DNA of 32,000 nucleotides from Schaalia odontolytica (GTDB lineage Bacteria; Actinomycetota; Actinomycetes; Actinomycetales; Actinomycetaceae): NCBI RefSeq assembly GCF_005696695.1, contig NZ_CP040006.1, positions 1,800,001 to 1,832,000 of the forward strand, read 5' to 3'. Shown piece by piece: positions 14,394 to 25,800 of this stretch (position 1 is its first letter; each line of letters starts with the position of its first letter). The notes under the pieces were generated by a model. It saw only the letters and a program-made list of their open reading frames with translations, ran no database searches and was not told where the DNA came from. The position numbers and the translations under genes were made by a program.

Positions 14394-15878
14394 TTACGCC
14401 TCCACGTGGGGCGTCGGAGGCTCCCCCGGCTTCTGCTTCTCGGCGGCCGGCGCCTCCTCCGAAGTGGGGTCCTCCTCCGACTCGACGCGGGCCTCGACGT
14501 GAAGATCCACGGACGCTACGACCTCGTCCTCATCAGCTTCTGCGCGAGCCACGTACGGGCGCGTATCGGGCTTACCCGCGTAGGAGGCGGCGATCTTCTC
14601 CTCGAGCATGCCGGGAGGGCCGCCCGGGCGGTCCTCGGCGGTCGCCAGCTCGGGCATCGGGTCATACCCGTGCAGGTACATGACGGTCGCGTTGATGAAG
14701 GCCGCGATCGGCACCGAGAAGATCGCGCCAGCGATGCCGGCGATCGCGGATCCGGCGGTGATGACGAGCATGACGGCGACGGGGTGCAGGGAGACGGCGT
14801 TCGACATCATGAAGGGCTGCAGGATGTTTGATTCGACCTGCTGGACCACCAGGATGATCACCAGCATGATAATTGCCTTCGTCAGGCCGCCGTTCACGGC
14901 CGCCACGAGCACCGCGATGACGCCGGACGTCAGGGCGCCCAGAATCGGAACGAACGCGGCGAAGAAGGTGATGACACCGATCGGGATGGCCAGGGGCACG
15001 CCCAGGAAGAACGCGCCCAACGCAATACCGATCGCGTCGATGGCCGCCACCTGGATCTGCGTGCGCACGTAGGAACCGAAAGTCGCCCAGCCGCGGATCG
15101 CGCTCTCGTGGACGGGAACGCGGGCGGGCGCGGGAAGCAGACGCACGCACCACAGCCAGATCGAGCGCCCCTCCTTCAGGAAGAAGAACAGACAGAAGAG
15201 CATGGTCAGGCCAGAGGTGGCCAGCGTGCCCACCGAGGAGGTGATGTTCAGGGCGCCGGTCGCCAGCGTTTCCTTGTTGGTATTGAGCCAATTCACCAGC
15301 TCGGCACGCAGCTGCTCGGCTGCATTCGTCAGGACGGTCGTGTCCATCTTGAGCGGGCCGTCCTGAAGGAACTCGTTGTGCACAATCGCGTCGAGCAGAG
15401 CGTGGAAGCCGTCTGCGGCCTGCGAGGCCAGCTGCGGGACCTGCTGGATGAGTTCGGCGGCGGCCTGGCTCAGCGCGCCCGCAACGGCGGCGAAGAAGAC
15501 CAGCAGGCCGACGGTAGCGGCCAACGAGGAGGGAAAGTGCAGGCGGCGGCGCATCCAGGAGACGAGGGGCTCCAGAAGAACCGCCACCGTCAGCGCGATT
15601 GCGACCGGCATGATGACGAGCGTCAGGCGGGAAATGCCCCACAGGACGGCCATGACCAGACCGGCGACGACGAGGGTGCGCCACGAGATCGCCGCGGCGA
15701 CGCGAAGGGTGCGCGGGACGGCGGCGGCCACGTCGCGCTCATCCTCGTGTTCCTCGCGCACGGACACCATGACGGGCGCGGGTGCGGGTTCATCTGCGTG
15801 TTTTGACGGCAGGGCAGCTGAGAGCCTGCCCATGAGGTCGGATAGCTTCCAGCGCGGCTGTTCCTGAGTGTCGGCCAC
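14394..15878 (-). CDS. AI-2E family (PerM/YhhT-like) transporter
   Basis: 494 aa counted from the GTG at 15878, with AAGGAGGG 3 nt upstream. It has multiple TM segments, for example ILGALTSGVIAVLVAAV and QQVESNILQPFMMSNAVSLHP. The longer track ORF (to 16598) is antisense to msrA. Confidence 0.88.
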   Translation of the reverse strand: MADTQEQPRWKLSDLMGRLSAALPSKHADEPAPAPVMVSVREEHEDERDVAAAVPRTLRVAAAISWRTLVVAGLVMAVLWGISRLTLVIMPVAIALTVAVLLEPLVSWMRRRLHFPSSLAATVGLLVFFAAVAGALSQAAAELIQQVPQLASQAADGFHALLDAIVHNEFLQDGPLKMDTTVLTNAAEQLRAELVNWLNTNKETLATGALNITSSVGTLATSGLTMLFCLFFFLKEGRSIWLWCVRLLPAPARVPVHESAIRGWATFGSYVRTQIQVAAIDAIGIALGAFFLGVPLAIPIGVITFFAAFVPILGALTSGVIAVLVAAVNGGLTKAIIMLVIILVVQQVESNILQPFMMSNAVSLHPVAVMLVITAGSAIAGIAGAIFSVPIAAFINATVMYLHGYDPMPELATAEDRPGGPPGMLEEKIAASYAGKPDTRPYVARAEADEDEVVASVDLHVEARVESEEDPTSEEAPAAEKQKPGEPPTPHVEA

Positions 15879-15977
15879 GGTCCCTCCTTTTCGTTCACCC
15901 CTAAGCGTACTCGCCCGCACGCGCATTTCCGTTCGCGCAGCGCGCTCACCCGCCACGAGGGGCGCATACTGGGAGGT

Positions 15978-16604
15978 ATGACATCGTTTTTCAAGCAGGC
16001 ACACACGAACGTTCACGTCTCCACGCACGCAGTCCTCGGTTCGAACATGAGGGACGAGGCCAGGGCGGGCCAGGAGGTCATCTACCTTGCCGCGGGGTGC
16101 TTCTGGGGCGTCGAGAAGGCGCTGTGGAACACTCCCGGGGTCGTGACCACGGCGACCGGCTACATGGGCGGGCATTCGACCAACCCGACGTACGAGCAGG
16201 TGTGTTCTCATTCGACAGGTCATGCGGAGACCGTGCGCGTTGTCTTCGATACCGCGCAAACGAGCGCCGCGGAGCTGGTTCGACTCTTCTTTGAGATCCA
16301 CGATCCGACGCAGGTGGGTGGACAGGGCAACGACATCGGCGACCAGTACCGCTCTGCGATCTGGACGACCACACCCGAGCAGCTGCGCGACGCGACCGCC
16401 CTGCGCGCGGCCTACCAGGAGGTGCTCACGAAGCGCGGTTTCGGCCCGATTCAGACCGTCATTTCTGCCGCACCCGACGGGGACTCCACCGCACGTTTCT
16501 GGTACGCGGAGGACTACCACCAGCAGTACCTGTTCAAGAACCCGGGCGGCTACGAGTGCCACGCCCGCACGGGTGTCGCCTGCCCGGCACTCCCCCACAA
16601 GTAG
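15978..16604 (+). CDS. msrA: Peptide-methionine (S)-S-oxide reductase
   Basis: 208 aa. Active-site motif AAGCFWGVE. Also GYMGGHSTNPTYEQVCSHSTGHAE and QGNDIGDQYRSAIW. Confidence 0.93.
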   Translation: MTSFFKQAHTNVHVSTHAVLGSNMRDEARAGQEVIYLAAGCFWGVEKALWNTPGVVTTATGYMGGHSTNPTYEQVCSHSTGHAETVRVVFDTAQTSAAELVRLFFEIHDPTQVGGQGNDIGDQYRSAIWTTTPEQLRDATALRAAYQEVLTKRGFGPIQTVISAAPDGDSTARFWYAEDYHQQYLFKNPGGYECHARTGVACPALPHK

Positions 16605-16620
16605 CCCACGCGTGACACAG

Positions 16621-16662
16621 ATGTGGGGCGGGCCGGCACGTGTGTGCCGGCCCGCCCCACAT
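16621..16662. terminator. Bidirectional intrinsic terminator hairpin
   Basis: ATGTGGGGCGGGCCGGCAC-GTGT-GTGCCGGCCCGCCCCACAT forms a perfect 19-bp stem. Confidence 0.65.
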
Positions 16663-16670
16663 GCGTGAGA

Positions 16671-17069
16671 TCAGTTCACGCCCAGGATGTCAGTGACGAA
16701 CACGAGGGTCGCGCCGCCGGGGATACCGGCCTGCGGAACGCCACGCTCACCGTAGCCGAGCTCGGAGGGGATGGACAGCAGGACGCGGTCGCCCACGCGC
16801 TTGCCCACGAGGCCCTCGTCCCAGCCGGGGATGACCATTCCAACGCCGATCTGGAAGGACAGGGCGCCGCCGCGGTCGAAGGAGTTATCGAAGTCGACGT
16901 CAGAGCCGAAGACCGCACCGTAGTAGTGGCACGTGATCGTATCGCCGGCCTCGACGACCTGGCCGTCACCAGCGTGCAGGACCTCGACGACGAGCTCATC
17001 GGAGGGGGTGCCGTCGAAGGACAGGGCGGGCTTGCGGCCGAATTCGCCGGCGACAGAGATGTTTTCCAT
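16671..17069 (-). CDS. FKBP-type peptidyl-prolyl cis-trans isomerase
   Basis: 132 aa. Motifs: FDNSFDRGGALSFQIGVGMVIPGWDEGLVG...GYGERG...LVFVTDILGV. Confidence 0.9.
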   Translation of the reverse strand: MENISVAGEFGRKPALSFDGTPSDELVVEVLHAGDGQVVEAGDTITCHYYGAVFGSDVDFDNSFDRGGALSFQIGVGMVIPGWDEGLVGKRVGDRVLLSIPSELGYGERGVPQAGIPGGATLVFVTDILGVN

Positions 17070-17102
17070 GATGTCTTTCCTTAGGGTCGGTGAAGCGACG
17101 CG

Positions 17103-18083
17103 TCAGTCGCGGCGCATGAAGTAGGACAGGATCCTGAGGATCTCGAGGTAGATCCAGATGACGTCGGTCATGATGGCGAAGGTGCACAGCCACGAGTACT
17201 TCTCAGGCACGTTGTTGGCAACGCCCACCTTCACGGCATCGAAGTCGCGCACGAGGCACAGCACGCCGATGAAGACCGCGAGGACGCCAATAATGACGCC
17301 GAGCGGAATACCGAAGATGGAGGTGTTGCGAACGGCCGTCATATTCACGAGGCCGGTGCCCGACAGGAACAGGCTCGCCATGTAGTAGATGAAGAACGCG
17401 AAGGAGCCGATGCCCGCGACTCGGGTGAGCGTGTTCGAGTTGCGCACGAAGCCCATCGTGAAGGCACCCAGAGTCACACCAATCACCACGAGGGTCGCCA
17501 GAACTGCGCTCACCACGATGCCCGGGTACATCATTTCGAAGGCGCAGGACAGCGCGCCGAGAACGAAGCCCTCAATGAGCGAGTAGGCGACGATCGCACC
17601 CGGGCGGACCTTCTTCGAGAACTGGATGAACAGACCCAGGCCCAGCGTCACGGCACAAGCAGCGAAGGCCACGAGCATGGCAGCGCTCAGCGCAACGACG
17701 CCCGTCATCCATCCGGCGACCGCGCCCACGAGGAGCAGGCCGAAGCACATGAGGGACTTGACCACGACGTCGTCGTAGGTCATCGTTCCACGATCCACCG
17801 CGTCGGCCGCGGGAGCGTTCATCATCGCCTCGTACGAGGCCATCTGCTCCTCGTAACCGGACGGAGCCGGGTAGGCGCTGGGGTTACCCTGCGGAGCGCC
17901 GTAGACCGGCTGCCCCGAATAGTCGACACCCTGCTGGGTGCCGTACGGGTTGGTCGCACCCGCGTAGGGGTTCTGCGCCTGCGCCGAAGCCGGCTGGTAC
18001 CCCGGCATCTCGGGGTAGCCGGCGGGAGTCGTCGACTGGGTCGACCAGTCCTTGACGATCGAATTCATCACCGGGTTGGCCAT
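17103..18083 (-). CDS. Bax inhibitor-1/YccA family membrane protein with a Pro/Gln/Tyr-rich N-terminal extension
   Basis: 326 aa. The C-terminal ~230 aa carry 7 TM segments and end IWIYLEILRIL, typical of BI-1/YccA. RBS GAGGAGGA. Confidence 0.88.
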   Translation of the reverse strand: MANPVMNSIVKDWSTQSTTPAGYPEMPGYQPASAQAQNPYAGATNPYGTQQGVDYSGQPVYGAPQGNPSAYPAPSGYEEQMASYEAMMNAPAADAVDRGTMTYDDVVVKSLMCFGLLLVGAVAGWMTGVVALSAAMLVAFAACAVTLGLGLFIQFSKKVRPGAIVAYSLIEGFVLGALSCAFEMMYPGIVVSAVLATLVVIGVTLGAFTMGFVRNSNTLTRVAGIGSFAFFIYYMASLFLSGTGLVNMTAVRNTSIFGIPLGVIIGVLAVFIGVLCLVRDFDAVKVGVANNVPEKYSWLCTFAIMTDVIWIYLEILRILSYFMRRD

Positions 18084-18238
18084 TTTTCCTCCTCATTCAG
18101 TGATGCACTGCCTCTAGTGTCGCACGAGGCATCCACGGGTGGGAAACGTACCATTATGCGCGCAGCGCAACGCGGCGTCCACACGCGCAGCGAGTTCCAC
18201 CAACTGGCCACGGCCTCGTCGATGACACCGCTGGTCTG

Positions 18239-18312
18239 TACCCCCGGTGGGACTCGAACCCACAACACACCGATTTTAAGTCGGTTGCCTCTGCCAATTG
18301 GGCCACGGGGGC
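18239..18312 (-). tRNA. tRNA with anticodon UAA (Leu by anticodon) but class-I architecture (5-nt variable loop); no encoded CCA
   Basis: Hand fold of the minus strand: GCCCCCG TG GCCCAATTGGCAGAGGC A ACCGA CTTAAAA TCGGT GTGTT GTGGG TTCGAGT CCCAC CGGGGGT A. The acceptor stem is 7 bp (G1:U72), the anticodon stem 5 bp and the T stem 5 bp, with a canonical TTCGAGT loop. U33 and A37 flank UAA. The discriminator is A73. Confidence 0.8.
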
Positions 18313-18364
18313 GCGCACGCGCACGTCCAGCCTACGGGAGGCTGGCGTGCACCTCAAGCTCCGC

Positions 18365-19333
18365 TCAGATCATCGCCTGTGCGATGCCGTCGAGGATGTC
18401 GTGCTCGGAGGTGACGACCTGCTCGATCGGGTGCCCGGCGGCCTCGGCGCGCGCCAGAACACGCGTGACGATGCGGCTCCAGATGAGCGCGCCCGCCGCG
18501 ATGACGTCCTCGCGCCCCTCGGGCATGAAGCCCAGGGAGGCCTTCACGGAGGTCGGCTGATCGACCATGAAGCGCACGGCTTCCTCGAACTGCGCAGCGC
18601 TCAGGCGGGCGCCGTGGATGCGCTCGGGCTGGTAGGAGGTGAGCCCCAGCGCCTGGGCGGTCAGGGTGGTCACCGTTCCCGCAACGCCCACGAGGGAGCG
18701 CACGCGCGCCAGGTCCACGGACTTCTCCGCACCGTCCAGCTGCTCGTCGATCCAGGCGATCGCACGCTCCTGGTCCTCGACAGGCACGCCGCCCGCCGGA
18801 TCCACGTGGGAGAAGAACTTCTCGGTGACGCGCACGGCGCCCATGTCGATCGAAATCGCCTGTTCGACGCGGGTCGCACCCAGCACCAGCTCCGTCGACC
18901 CACCGCCGATGTCGACGACCAGCATCGGGGCGGTGACGGACTCACCCAGGCCGCTCACCGCGCCATTGAAGGACAGTGAGGCTTCCTCCGTGCCGACGAC
19001 GACCTCGGGCTCCACACCGATGATGGCCTTGATCTGGCGCACGAAGTCCGCGCTGTTGGACGCGTCTCGGGTGGCGGAGGTCGCCACAAAACGGGTGCGG
19101 GTCGCGCCCAGGGCCTCGATCATGCGCTGGTACTCGACCGTGGCCTCGACCGTGCGCTCGATCGCCGCGGGATCCAGGTAGCCGCGCGCATCCACGCCCT
19201 GCCCAAGGCGCACGATGCGCATCTGGCGGGTCAGATCGCACAGGTGGGGGCGGCCGTCCTCGCCGATATGTCCATCGGCGACGAGCAGTCGGATCGAATT
19301 AGTTCCACAGTCAATGGCAGCTACGCGGGTCAT
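18365..19333 (-). CDS. ppx: Ppx/GppA-family phosphatase (exopolyphosphatase)
   Basis: Start set at MTRVAAIDCGTNSIRLLV. An alternative GTG at 19381 would add 16 aa. Motifs: DIGGGSTE, ATSATRDA. Confidence 0.88.
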   Translation of the reverse strand: MTRVAAIDCGTNSIRLLVADGHIGEDGRPHLCDLTRQMRIVRLGQGVDARGYLDPAAIERTVEATVEYQRMIEALGATRTRFVATSATRDASNSADFVRQIKAIIGVEPEVVVGTEEASLSFNGAVSGLGESVTAPMLVVDIGGGSTELVLGATRVEQAISIDMGAVRVTEKFFSHVDPAGGVPVEDQERAIAWIDEQLDGAEKSVDLARVRSLVGVAGTVTTLTAQALGLTSYQPERIHGARLSAAQFEEAVRFMVDQPTSVKASLGFMPEGREDVIAAGALIWSRIVTRVLARAEAAGHPIEQVVTSEHDILDGIAQAMI

Positions 19334-19394
19334 CGCTTCGTTTCTACGGGGGTGAGTCCCGGACGAGGCCGGGGCGGGCACGGGCTAAAGGCGC

Positions 19395-19904
19395 TCAGCA
19401 GGAGCAACGGGAGGTGGAGAACAGGCCACGCTCGTCGAGCATCGCGAGCGCGCGGTCCCCGATCGGATTCACGCCGGGGCCTGCGGCCAGAGAGTGGCCG
19501 ACGAGGGCGTGCAGGCACTTGACGCGCGTGGGCATTCCGCCGGCGCTCACGCCCGAAATCTCTGGAACATCACCCAGGGTCAGGCGCGCCTGAATGTAGG
19601 CCTCGTGGGCGCGTGCATAGGCGGCGCGCAGCTCCTCATCGGCGGCGAGTTCCTCGTTGAGGGTCTCCATGACGTGCTCGGCCTCAAGCGTGGAAGCGCC
19701 CTTCACTGCTGCCGGGTGCGTCAGGTAGTAGGTCGTGGGGAACGGCGTCCCGTCAGGCAGGCGCGGCGCGGTGGCCACGACCGTGGGCCGACCACACACG
19801 CAGCGCGCAGCGATACCAACGACCCCTCGGGGCACGCGGCCCAGCTGGGAACGCAGGACCTCCAGGTCCTCTTCAGTGGCGTCGGTGGTGTTAACGAGGC
19901 TCAT
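19395..19904 (-). CDS. DUF501 domain protein
   Basis: 169 aa with PFPTTYYLTHP. It occupies the conserved position between ftsB and ppx (mycobacterial Rv1025-like synteny, from memory). Its start overlaps the ftsB stop (ATGA). Confidence 0.85.
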   Translation of the reverse strand: MSLVNTTDATEEDLEVLRSQLGRVPRGVVGIAARCVCGRPTVVATAPRLPDGTPFPTTYYLTHPAAVKGASTLEAEHVMETLNEELAADEELRAAYARAHEAYIQARLTLGDVPEISGVSAGGMPTRVKCLHALVGHSLAAGPGVNPIGDRALAMLDERGLFSTSRCSC

Positions 19905-20662
19905 TCTCCGCTTTCTTGGCTGGTGGTGGGGGCCTGGCCCGACTGGCTGGTCTCAGCCGACGGGATAGGCGTCGCGCTCGGCGGCTGGTCCGCCTTCCCC
20001 ACTAGGATACCGAGCTGCTGCACCCAGGGGCGCGCCGGTCCGGTGGAAGCCGCTGCGGCCGCCAGCGCCGAGTCCTGGTATTGCGGCCCCGGATCCACCA
20101 CCGTGTATTGGGTCTCACCGGGGCGAACGAATCCGAGGCGCTCGCGCGCCTGAGTAGAGATGTAGTCGGGGTCATTCCACAGGTCGAGCTGACGCTGCAT
20201 GTCGGCATTCTTCTGCTGTTGCTCGGCGACCTGCGTCTTGATCTGCGCCAGTTCACGCTCCTGCTGCCACCACTGGTAGAGGCTGGGCACCAGCATGACC
20301 GACAGGATCGCGGCGACGATCAGGACAACGAGAAGTCGCGTGGACACATCGAGGCCACCGATGGACAGGACCGAGGAGCCCTCCGCGGCGGGGCGCACAA
20401 ACGAAGAGCGCGACGCGCCCTTCTCGCCACCCTTATTCCTGCGGAAAAAGCTGCGCTTTGCCCCCTCATTCTTCTGCGCACCCCGGGCCGTCTTCTGGCG
20501 CTTCGCCGAGGCCTCGGCCCCCTTCGAGGACTTCGAAGCCTTCGCGGCCGCCCTGCGCTGGCGCGACTTTTCCGCGTTGATCTCACGCGTCGTACGCGCT
20601 GCCTCCGAAGCGGAGGAGCGACGACGCGGAGAGGGGCGGGAAGAAGGACGACGGCTAGCCAT
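19901..20662 (-). CDS. ftsB: Septum formation initiator (FtsB/DivIC family) with a long basic N-terminal tail
   Basis: 253 aa. It has a single TM (LLVVLIVAAILSVMLV), then a coiled coil (QQERELAQIKTQVAEQQQKNADMQRQL), then DPDYISTQARERLGFVRPGE. Confidence 0.8.
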   Translation of the reverse strand: MASRRPSSRPSPRRRSSASEAARTTREINAEKSRQRRAAAKASKSSKGAEASAKRQKTARGAQKNEGAKRSFFRRNKGGEKGASRSSFVRPAAEGSSVLSIGGLDVSTRLLVVLIVAAILSVMLVPSLYQWWQQERELAQIKTQVAEQQQKNADMQRQLDLWNDPDYISTQARERLGFVRPGETQYTVVDPGPQYQDSALAAAAASTGPARPWVQQLGILVGKADQPPSATPIPSAETSQSGQAPTTSQESGE

Positions 20663-20709
20663 TCTTCTATCGTGCCCTAAATTGACGTCTTTGGCTCAGC
20701 CCCACGCCG

Positions 20710-20747
20710 AAAAAACTCCGCGCGGACCCTGTCGGGCCCGCGCGGAG
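20710..20747 (-). terminator. Rho-independent terminator of eno
   Basis: Minus-strand CTCCGCGCGGGCCC-GACA-GGGTCCGCGCGGAG is followed by TTTTTT. Confidence 0.7.
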
Positions 20748-20769
20748 CTATGCGGCTAGTTGCCTAGGC

Positions 20770-22116
<1,347 letters not shown>

Positions 22117-22229
22117 TCACCCCCGGCGAGGGGGACGTTGTGGTTTTTGGGGCTATCAACCCCGGTTATGTGCCCGGACAAGCGACATTAGTCCCTGCCG
22201 GAGAAGCTGTGAGCGAATACTCACAAGGT

Positions 22230-22826
22230 TCAGTGAGCGCTGCCACCCAGGAGCGCGGCCGTGGGATCGTCCTTGGCTCCAGATACGGCGTCACCAAAGA
22301 GGGGCATGGTCGGTGCCTGGCCTCCACCCAGGGAGGGCTGTGCGAAACGCGGATTAATCTGCGCGTTCGCCTTGACGCGAGCCTGCTCGAGGGTCTCGTT
22401 CATGGCAGGCACGGCCGCCGGGTTCATCTGAGCGAACTGGCTGAGCTGCTGATTCAGGAGCACGGAACGCACGGTCGCTCGCGTGCCGCGCCCGATCGCG
22501 GGCACCTGAGCGCCGGTCTGCGCCGCAGCCTGCTCAAGAGCCTGGTCGATCTGCTCGTCGGTCACACTGAGGCCCACTGAGTCAGCCACTGCGACGAGCT
22601 GCGGCTCGTTGATCAGGCGAACGCGCACCTCGTACGCATCAATGGAAGACTTTCCAGCCGTCACTGTGGCGATCTGGCTCACGGCCTCGTTAACTTCCGC
22701 GATGCTGTAGTCGCCGTTGTTGGTGCTGACGGCAGCGCCGGGATGGGCGGAGCACGCCCCCATTCCCAGTCCTGCAGCCACAATCAGGGCGGCGGTGGTG
22801 AGCTGGCGTGTGTAGCGCACGAGCAT
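22230..22826 (-). CDS. Putative secreted lipoprotein (SurA-N-like/chaperone-like, uncertain)
   Basis: Start trimmed to MLVRYTRQLTTAALIVAAGLGMGAC (signal peptide plus lipobox-like MGAC), with GAGGAAGGA immediately upstream. No catalytic motif recognised. Confidence 0.7.
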   Translation of the reverse strand: MLVRYTRQLTTAALIVAAGLGMGACSAHPGAAVSTNNGDYSIAEVNEAVSQIATVTAGKSSIDAYEVRVRLINEPQLVAVADSVGLSVTDEQIDQALEQAAAQTGAQVPAIGRGTRATVRSVLLNQQLSQFAQMNPAAVPAMNETLEQARVKANAQINPRFAQPSLGGGQAPTMPLFGDAVSGAKDDPTAALLGGSAH

Positions 22827-22880
22827 TCCTTCCTCAGATGTGTTGCGACGCAATAGGACCAGTGTATTCCACCACAGGCA

Positions 22881-25800
22881 CTACTCGCCAAAAGGCACAA
22901 GAATCTTGGTCACCAGAGTCTCCACCCACTCCAGGAGCGGGCCGTCGGTGAGCGGCGAACCGCCGACTCGCGAGGTAAGCGGTAGCGGCACGAGAACCTG
23001 GCGAACGGCGGCTTTGATGACCGTTCCGGGGTGCAGGCGCTTGAGACGCATGACCTGGGAATCGCGCAGTTCGACGGGCGAGACGCGCAGGTACTTGCCC
23101 TGCGTGACGATCTCGGTAATCCCCGCGCGTCGCACGATCTCGCGCAGCCGCGCGACGGCGAAGAGCAGGTCGACCTGGGGCGGGATGGGACCGTATCGGT
23201 CGACGAGTTCCTCGCGCACGTCCGCTTCCTGTTCGGGCGTGGAGATTGCCGCGATCTTGGCGTAGACCTCGAGGCGCAGGCGTTCGCCGCGCACGTAGCC
23301 GTCGGGAATGTGCGCGTCGACCTGCAGGTCCATGCGCACGTCGGTCTTTTCGGTGGGAGCGTCGCCTCGGTAGGCGGCGACAGCGTCGGAGACCATGCGC
23401 ACGTAGAGGTCGAATCCGACGCCCTCCACGTGGCCGGACTGCGCCCCACCCAGGAGGTTGCCGGCGCCTCGGATCTCAAGGTCGCGCTGAGCGACGGCCA
23501 GGCCGGCCCCCAGCTCGGTGTTCGCGGCGATCGTCTTGAGGCGCTCGTGCGCGGTCTCGGTGAGCGCCTTGTCGCCGGGGTAGAAGAAGTACGCGTAGGC
23601 GCGTTCGCGGCCTCGTCCGACACGACCGCGCAGCTGGTGGAGCTGGGACAGGCCGAAGGTGTCGGCGCGGTCCACGATGAGCGTATTCGCGTTGGAAATG
23701 TCCAGGCCGGTTTCGACGATGGTCGTACACACGAGGACGTCGAACTCGTGGTTCCAGAAGTCCTGAATGACGGCCTCGAGCTGGTGCTCGTTCATCTTTC
23801 CGTGGGCGGTGCGCACGCGTGCCTCGGGAACCAGCTCGGTGATGTGGGCGGCGACCGAGGAGATCGAGTCGACGCGATTGTGCACGTAGAAGACCTGGCC
23901 GTCGCGCAGGAGCTCGCGTCGGATCGCGGCGCTAACCTGGGCGTCCGTGTAGGCGCCGACGAAAGTCAGGACCGGCTGGCGTTCCTCGGGCGGGGTCTGG
24001 AGGATCGACATCTCTCGGATGCCGGAGATCGCCATCTCGAGGGTGCGCGGGATCGGGGTGGCGGACATCGACAGGACGTCGACGTCGGTGCGCAGGGCCT
24101 TGAGCGTCTCCTTGTGCTCGACGCCGAAGCGCTGCTCCTCGTCGATGATGACCAGGCCGAGCTTCTTGAACGAAACGGTGCCGGTCAGCAGCGAGTGGGT
24201 GCCGATCACCAGGTCGACCTCGCCCGAGGCCAGCCCCGCCTTGACCTCCTCGGTTTCCTTCGGGGTCGAGAAGCGCGAGAGCGTGCCGATGCGCACGGGG
24301 AAGCCGGCGTAGCGTTCGGCGAAGGTCTCCGCGTGCTGGGTGACCAGCAGGGTCGTGGGCACGAGGACGGCGGCCTGATAGCCGTCCTGGATGGCCTTGA
24401 AGGCGGCGCGCACGGCGATCTCGGTCTTGCCGTAGCCGACGTCGCCGGTGAGCAGGCGGTCCATGGGGACAGGCTTTTCCATGTCGGCCTTGACCTCGTC
24501 GATGGTGACGAGCTGGTCGGGGGTCTCGACGTAGGGGAAGGCGTCTTCGAGTTCGCGCTGCCAGGGCGTGTCGGGGCCGAAAGCGTGGCCCTTGGTCTGC
24601 TGGCGCACGGCGTACAGGCGGATGAGTTCCTTGGCGACCTCGTTGACGGCCTTCTTGGCGCGGGCCTTGGTCTTGGCCCAGTCGGCGCCGCCCATCTTGG
24701 TCAGGGAGGGCTCGTCGGATCCGGTGTACTTCGAGATTTGGTCCAGCGCGTCGGTGGGCACGAAGAGCCGGTCGGCGGGCTGGCCGCGCTTGGAGGGCGC
24801 GTATTCGATGACCAGGTAGTCGCGCGTCGAGGCGGCATCCCCACGCCCGATCGTGCGGGAGACGAGCTCGATGAAGCGTCCGATACCGTGCTGGTCGTGG
24901 ACGATGTAGTCCCCGGGGTGCAGGGTCAGCGGGTCGACGCCCTTGCGCCTGCGCGAAGGCATACGCCGCATGTCGCGCGTGGACGCGCCCGCTCGCCCGG
25001 TGAGGTCGCCTTCGGTAAGGATCGCGATCTTCAGGTGGGGCGCGACGAAACCGACGCCGGCCTGCGCCGTCGTAATAGTCACGAGGCCGGGATCGGGGCG
25101 CGCTTCCACGTTGTCCGCGAGCGCGGCCGGGCACGAGGCGTCGGTGAGGATGGAGCGGATGCGTCGACCCGGGCCGGGGCCTTCGGTGGTGACGACGATG
25201 CGCCAGCCGTCGCGGGCCAGGTCGGTGAGGTCGGCGGCGGCTCGGGCGAAGTCTCCGCGGTAGGGGTGCACGTCTCGGGCGCCCACGCGCATGAGGGTGG
25301 GCGAGACAACGACGGGCGCGGGGCCGTCCGCTGAGGGCGAGTCGGCCTCGGCCTCGTCGATCGCGGAGGCGAGGTCGGCGGGCGGCAGGTCGGTGAGCTC
25401 CCACCAGGGGCGCTTCCCGCTCCCCCACAGGTCGGCCAGGTCGAGGAACGAGGCCTTGGACGCCTCGAGCGGGGTGTCTGCTCCCCCGGCGGCGGCGCTC
25501 CACGCGGCGGCGAGGAACTCCTCGGTCGTGGCGACGAGGTCGGCGGCGCGGGCGCGGATGCGTTCGGGGTCGGAGGCGAGGATCGGCGATCCCGCGGGCA
25601 GCAGGTCGAGGAGGGACTCCATGCCGCCCACGAGGATCGGAGCCAGGGATTCAATGCCGGGGGCGGCGATTCCCTCGGCGGCGAGGCTGAGCATCTCGGC
25701 GGCGCCGGGCAGGCGGTCGGCGGCCTCGCGGGCGCGCGCACGCACGGCCTGAGTGAGGAGGAGTTCTCGGCAGGGGACGGCCCACAGGCCGTCGGCGGCC

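Noticed and set aside
15879-16598. The upstream 240 codons of the 734-aa ORF 14394..16598(-)
   Set aside because: This part is antisense to msrA. A GTG with a strong AAGGAGGG RBS at 15878 gives a normal-length AI-2E transporter.
23031-25503. 767-aa (+) and 523-aa (-) ORFs inside mfd
   Set aside because: They are antisense or off-frame to the well-supported mfd frame and are Arg/Gly/Pro-rich shadow frames.
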